In this document: positions 31,228 to 32,000 of the stretch, piece after piece
How positions within the stretch are numbered: position 1 is the first letter of the stretch
How the letters are laid out: every line of letters starts with the position of its first letter
From: Candidatus Saccharimonadota bacterium
GTDB lineage: Bacteria; Bacillota_I; Bacilli_A; Mycoplasmatales; Hepatoplasmataceae
DNA: 32,000 nucleotides
NCBI GenBank assembly: GCA_027925325.1
Contig: AP027133.1
Coordinates: 60,001-92,000, forward strand
Reading direction: 5' to 3'
Notes under the pieces: generated by a model
What the model was told of the DNA's origin: nothing
Database searches by the model: none
The model's input: only the letters and a program-made list of their open reading frames with translations
Position numbers and translations under genes: made by a program

Positions 31228-32000
31228 AGTTTTGATTATTGGAAGACCAAATGTTGGGAAATCAACTCTTTTTAATCGATTACTAAGTAAAAAAATTTCA
31301 ATTACATTTGATCAAGAAGGAGTAACAAGAGATAGAATTTATCAAAAATGTAATTGATTAAATAAAGAATTTCTTTTGATTGATACGGGTGGATATTCAA
31401 AAAAGAATAAAATTTCTTTTCAAAATGATATTAATTCACAGATAAAGATTGCTTTAAAAGAAGCAGATCTTATTTTAATGGTTGTATCAAAAAAAGAAAA
31501 TTTATTAAATGAAGATAGAATAATCGCAAAAGAAATTTTAAAATATAAAAAACCTATAATATTGGTCATTAATAAATCAGATAACTTAAATGAAATAAAT
31601 TTAAATATAGATCAGTTTTATCAGCTTGGAATTAAGGATTTTTTTCCTATATCATCTATTCATGGAATTAATGTAAATAATTTATTAGATAAAATAATTC
31701 AAAAATTAAATTTTATAAATTTAGATGAGAAAGATGATTTTTTAAAAGTAGGAATAATAGGAAAACCAAATGTTGGAAAATCAACTTTATTAAATAAAAT
31801 TTTAAATGATAAAAGAGTGATTGTTTCAGATAAACCTGGGACAACAAGAGATTTTATTGATACTTTTATAAGTATAAATGAAAAAAAATATCAAATTACT
31901 GATACAGCAGGGATTAAAAAAAATAAAAAAACACTTGATGATATTGAATGATTATCGGAATTAAGATCAAATTTTGTAATTATAAATTCCCAGATAACTT
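31211..32000 (+). CDS. der: ribosome-assembly GTPase Der/EngA, N-terminal part (3' end lies outside the window)
   Basis: ATG at 31211, overlapping cmk by 17 nt. First G domain [22 protein letters not shown]. Second G domain [21 protein letters not shown] codons at 31355 and 31949 are read as Trp. The frame is open to the window edge. Confidence 0.9.

Overview
This window is about 32 kb of a very AT-rich chromosome (roughly 20% G+C by eye) of Mollicutes type. It must be read with translation table 4 (UGA=Trp). Most fragmented ORFs in the standard-code track merge into single genes across in-frame TGA codons that fall at conserved Trp positions, and a tRNA-Trp(UCA) gene is present. After merging, the window is tightly packed and mostly housekeeping. 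In order: pcrA (3' part), pstB, proS, acpP, tandem tRNA-Trp(UCA)/tRNA-Trp(CCA), two degV paralogs, an M42 aminopeptidase, a DUF948/YtxH-like pair, tyrS, ppa, an ECF S-component-like membrane protein, a YfcE-type phosphoesterase, tRNA-Arg(UCU), tig, lon, valS, an RluD-type pseudouridine synthase, an RNase J-like protein, an FtsK-like protein, a thioredoxin-like protein, cmk and der (5' part). No CRISPR array, IS element, rRNA or integrase was seen. The items most worth a second look are: (1) a two-gene accessory insert between tyrS and ppa, made of a membrane-inserted KAP-family P-loop NTPase whose 3' end overlaps a convergent gene for a protein with a sigma-70 region 4-like HTH; (2) a third tRNA-Trp-derived tRNA-like gene with a 9-bp anticodon arm, a non-7-nt loop, A73 and no encoded CCA; (3) adjacent RNase J-like and FtsK-like genes whose catalytic motifs are all substituted; (4) a PstB ATPase with a Lys-rich N-terminal extension of about 207 aa and no pstSCA neighbours. 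All functional calls come from motif recognition by eye. No database search was run.
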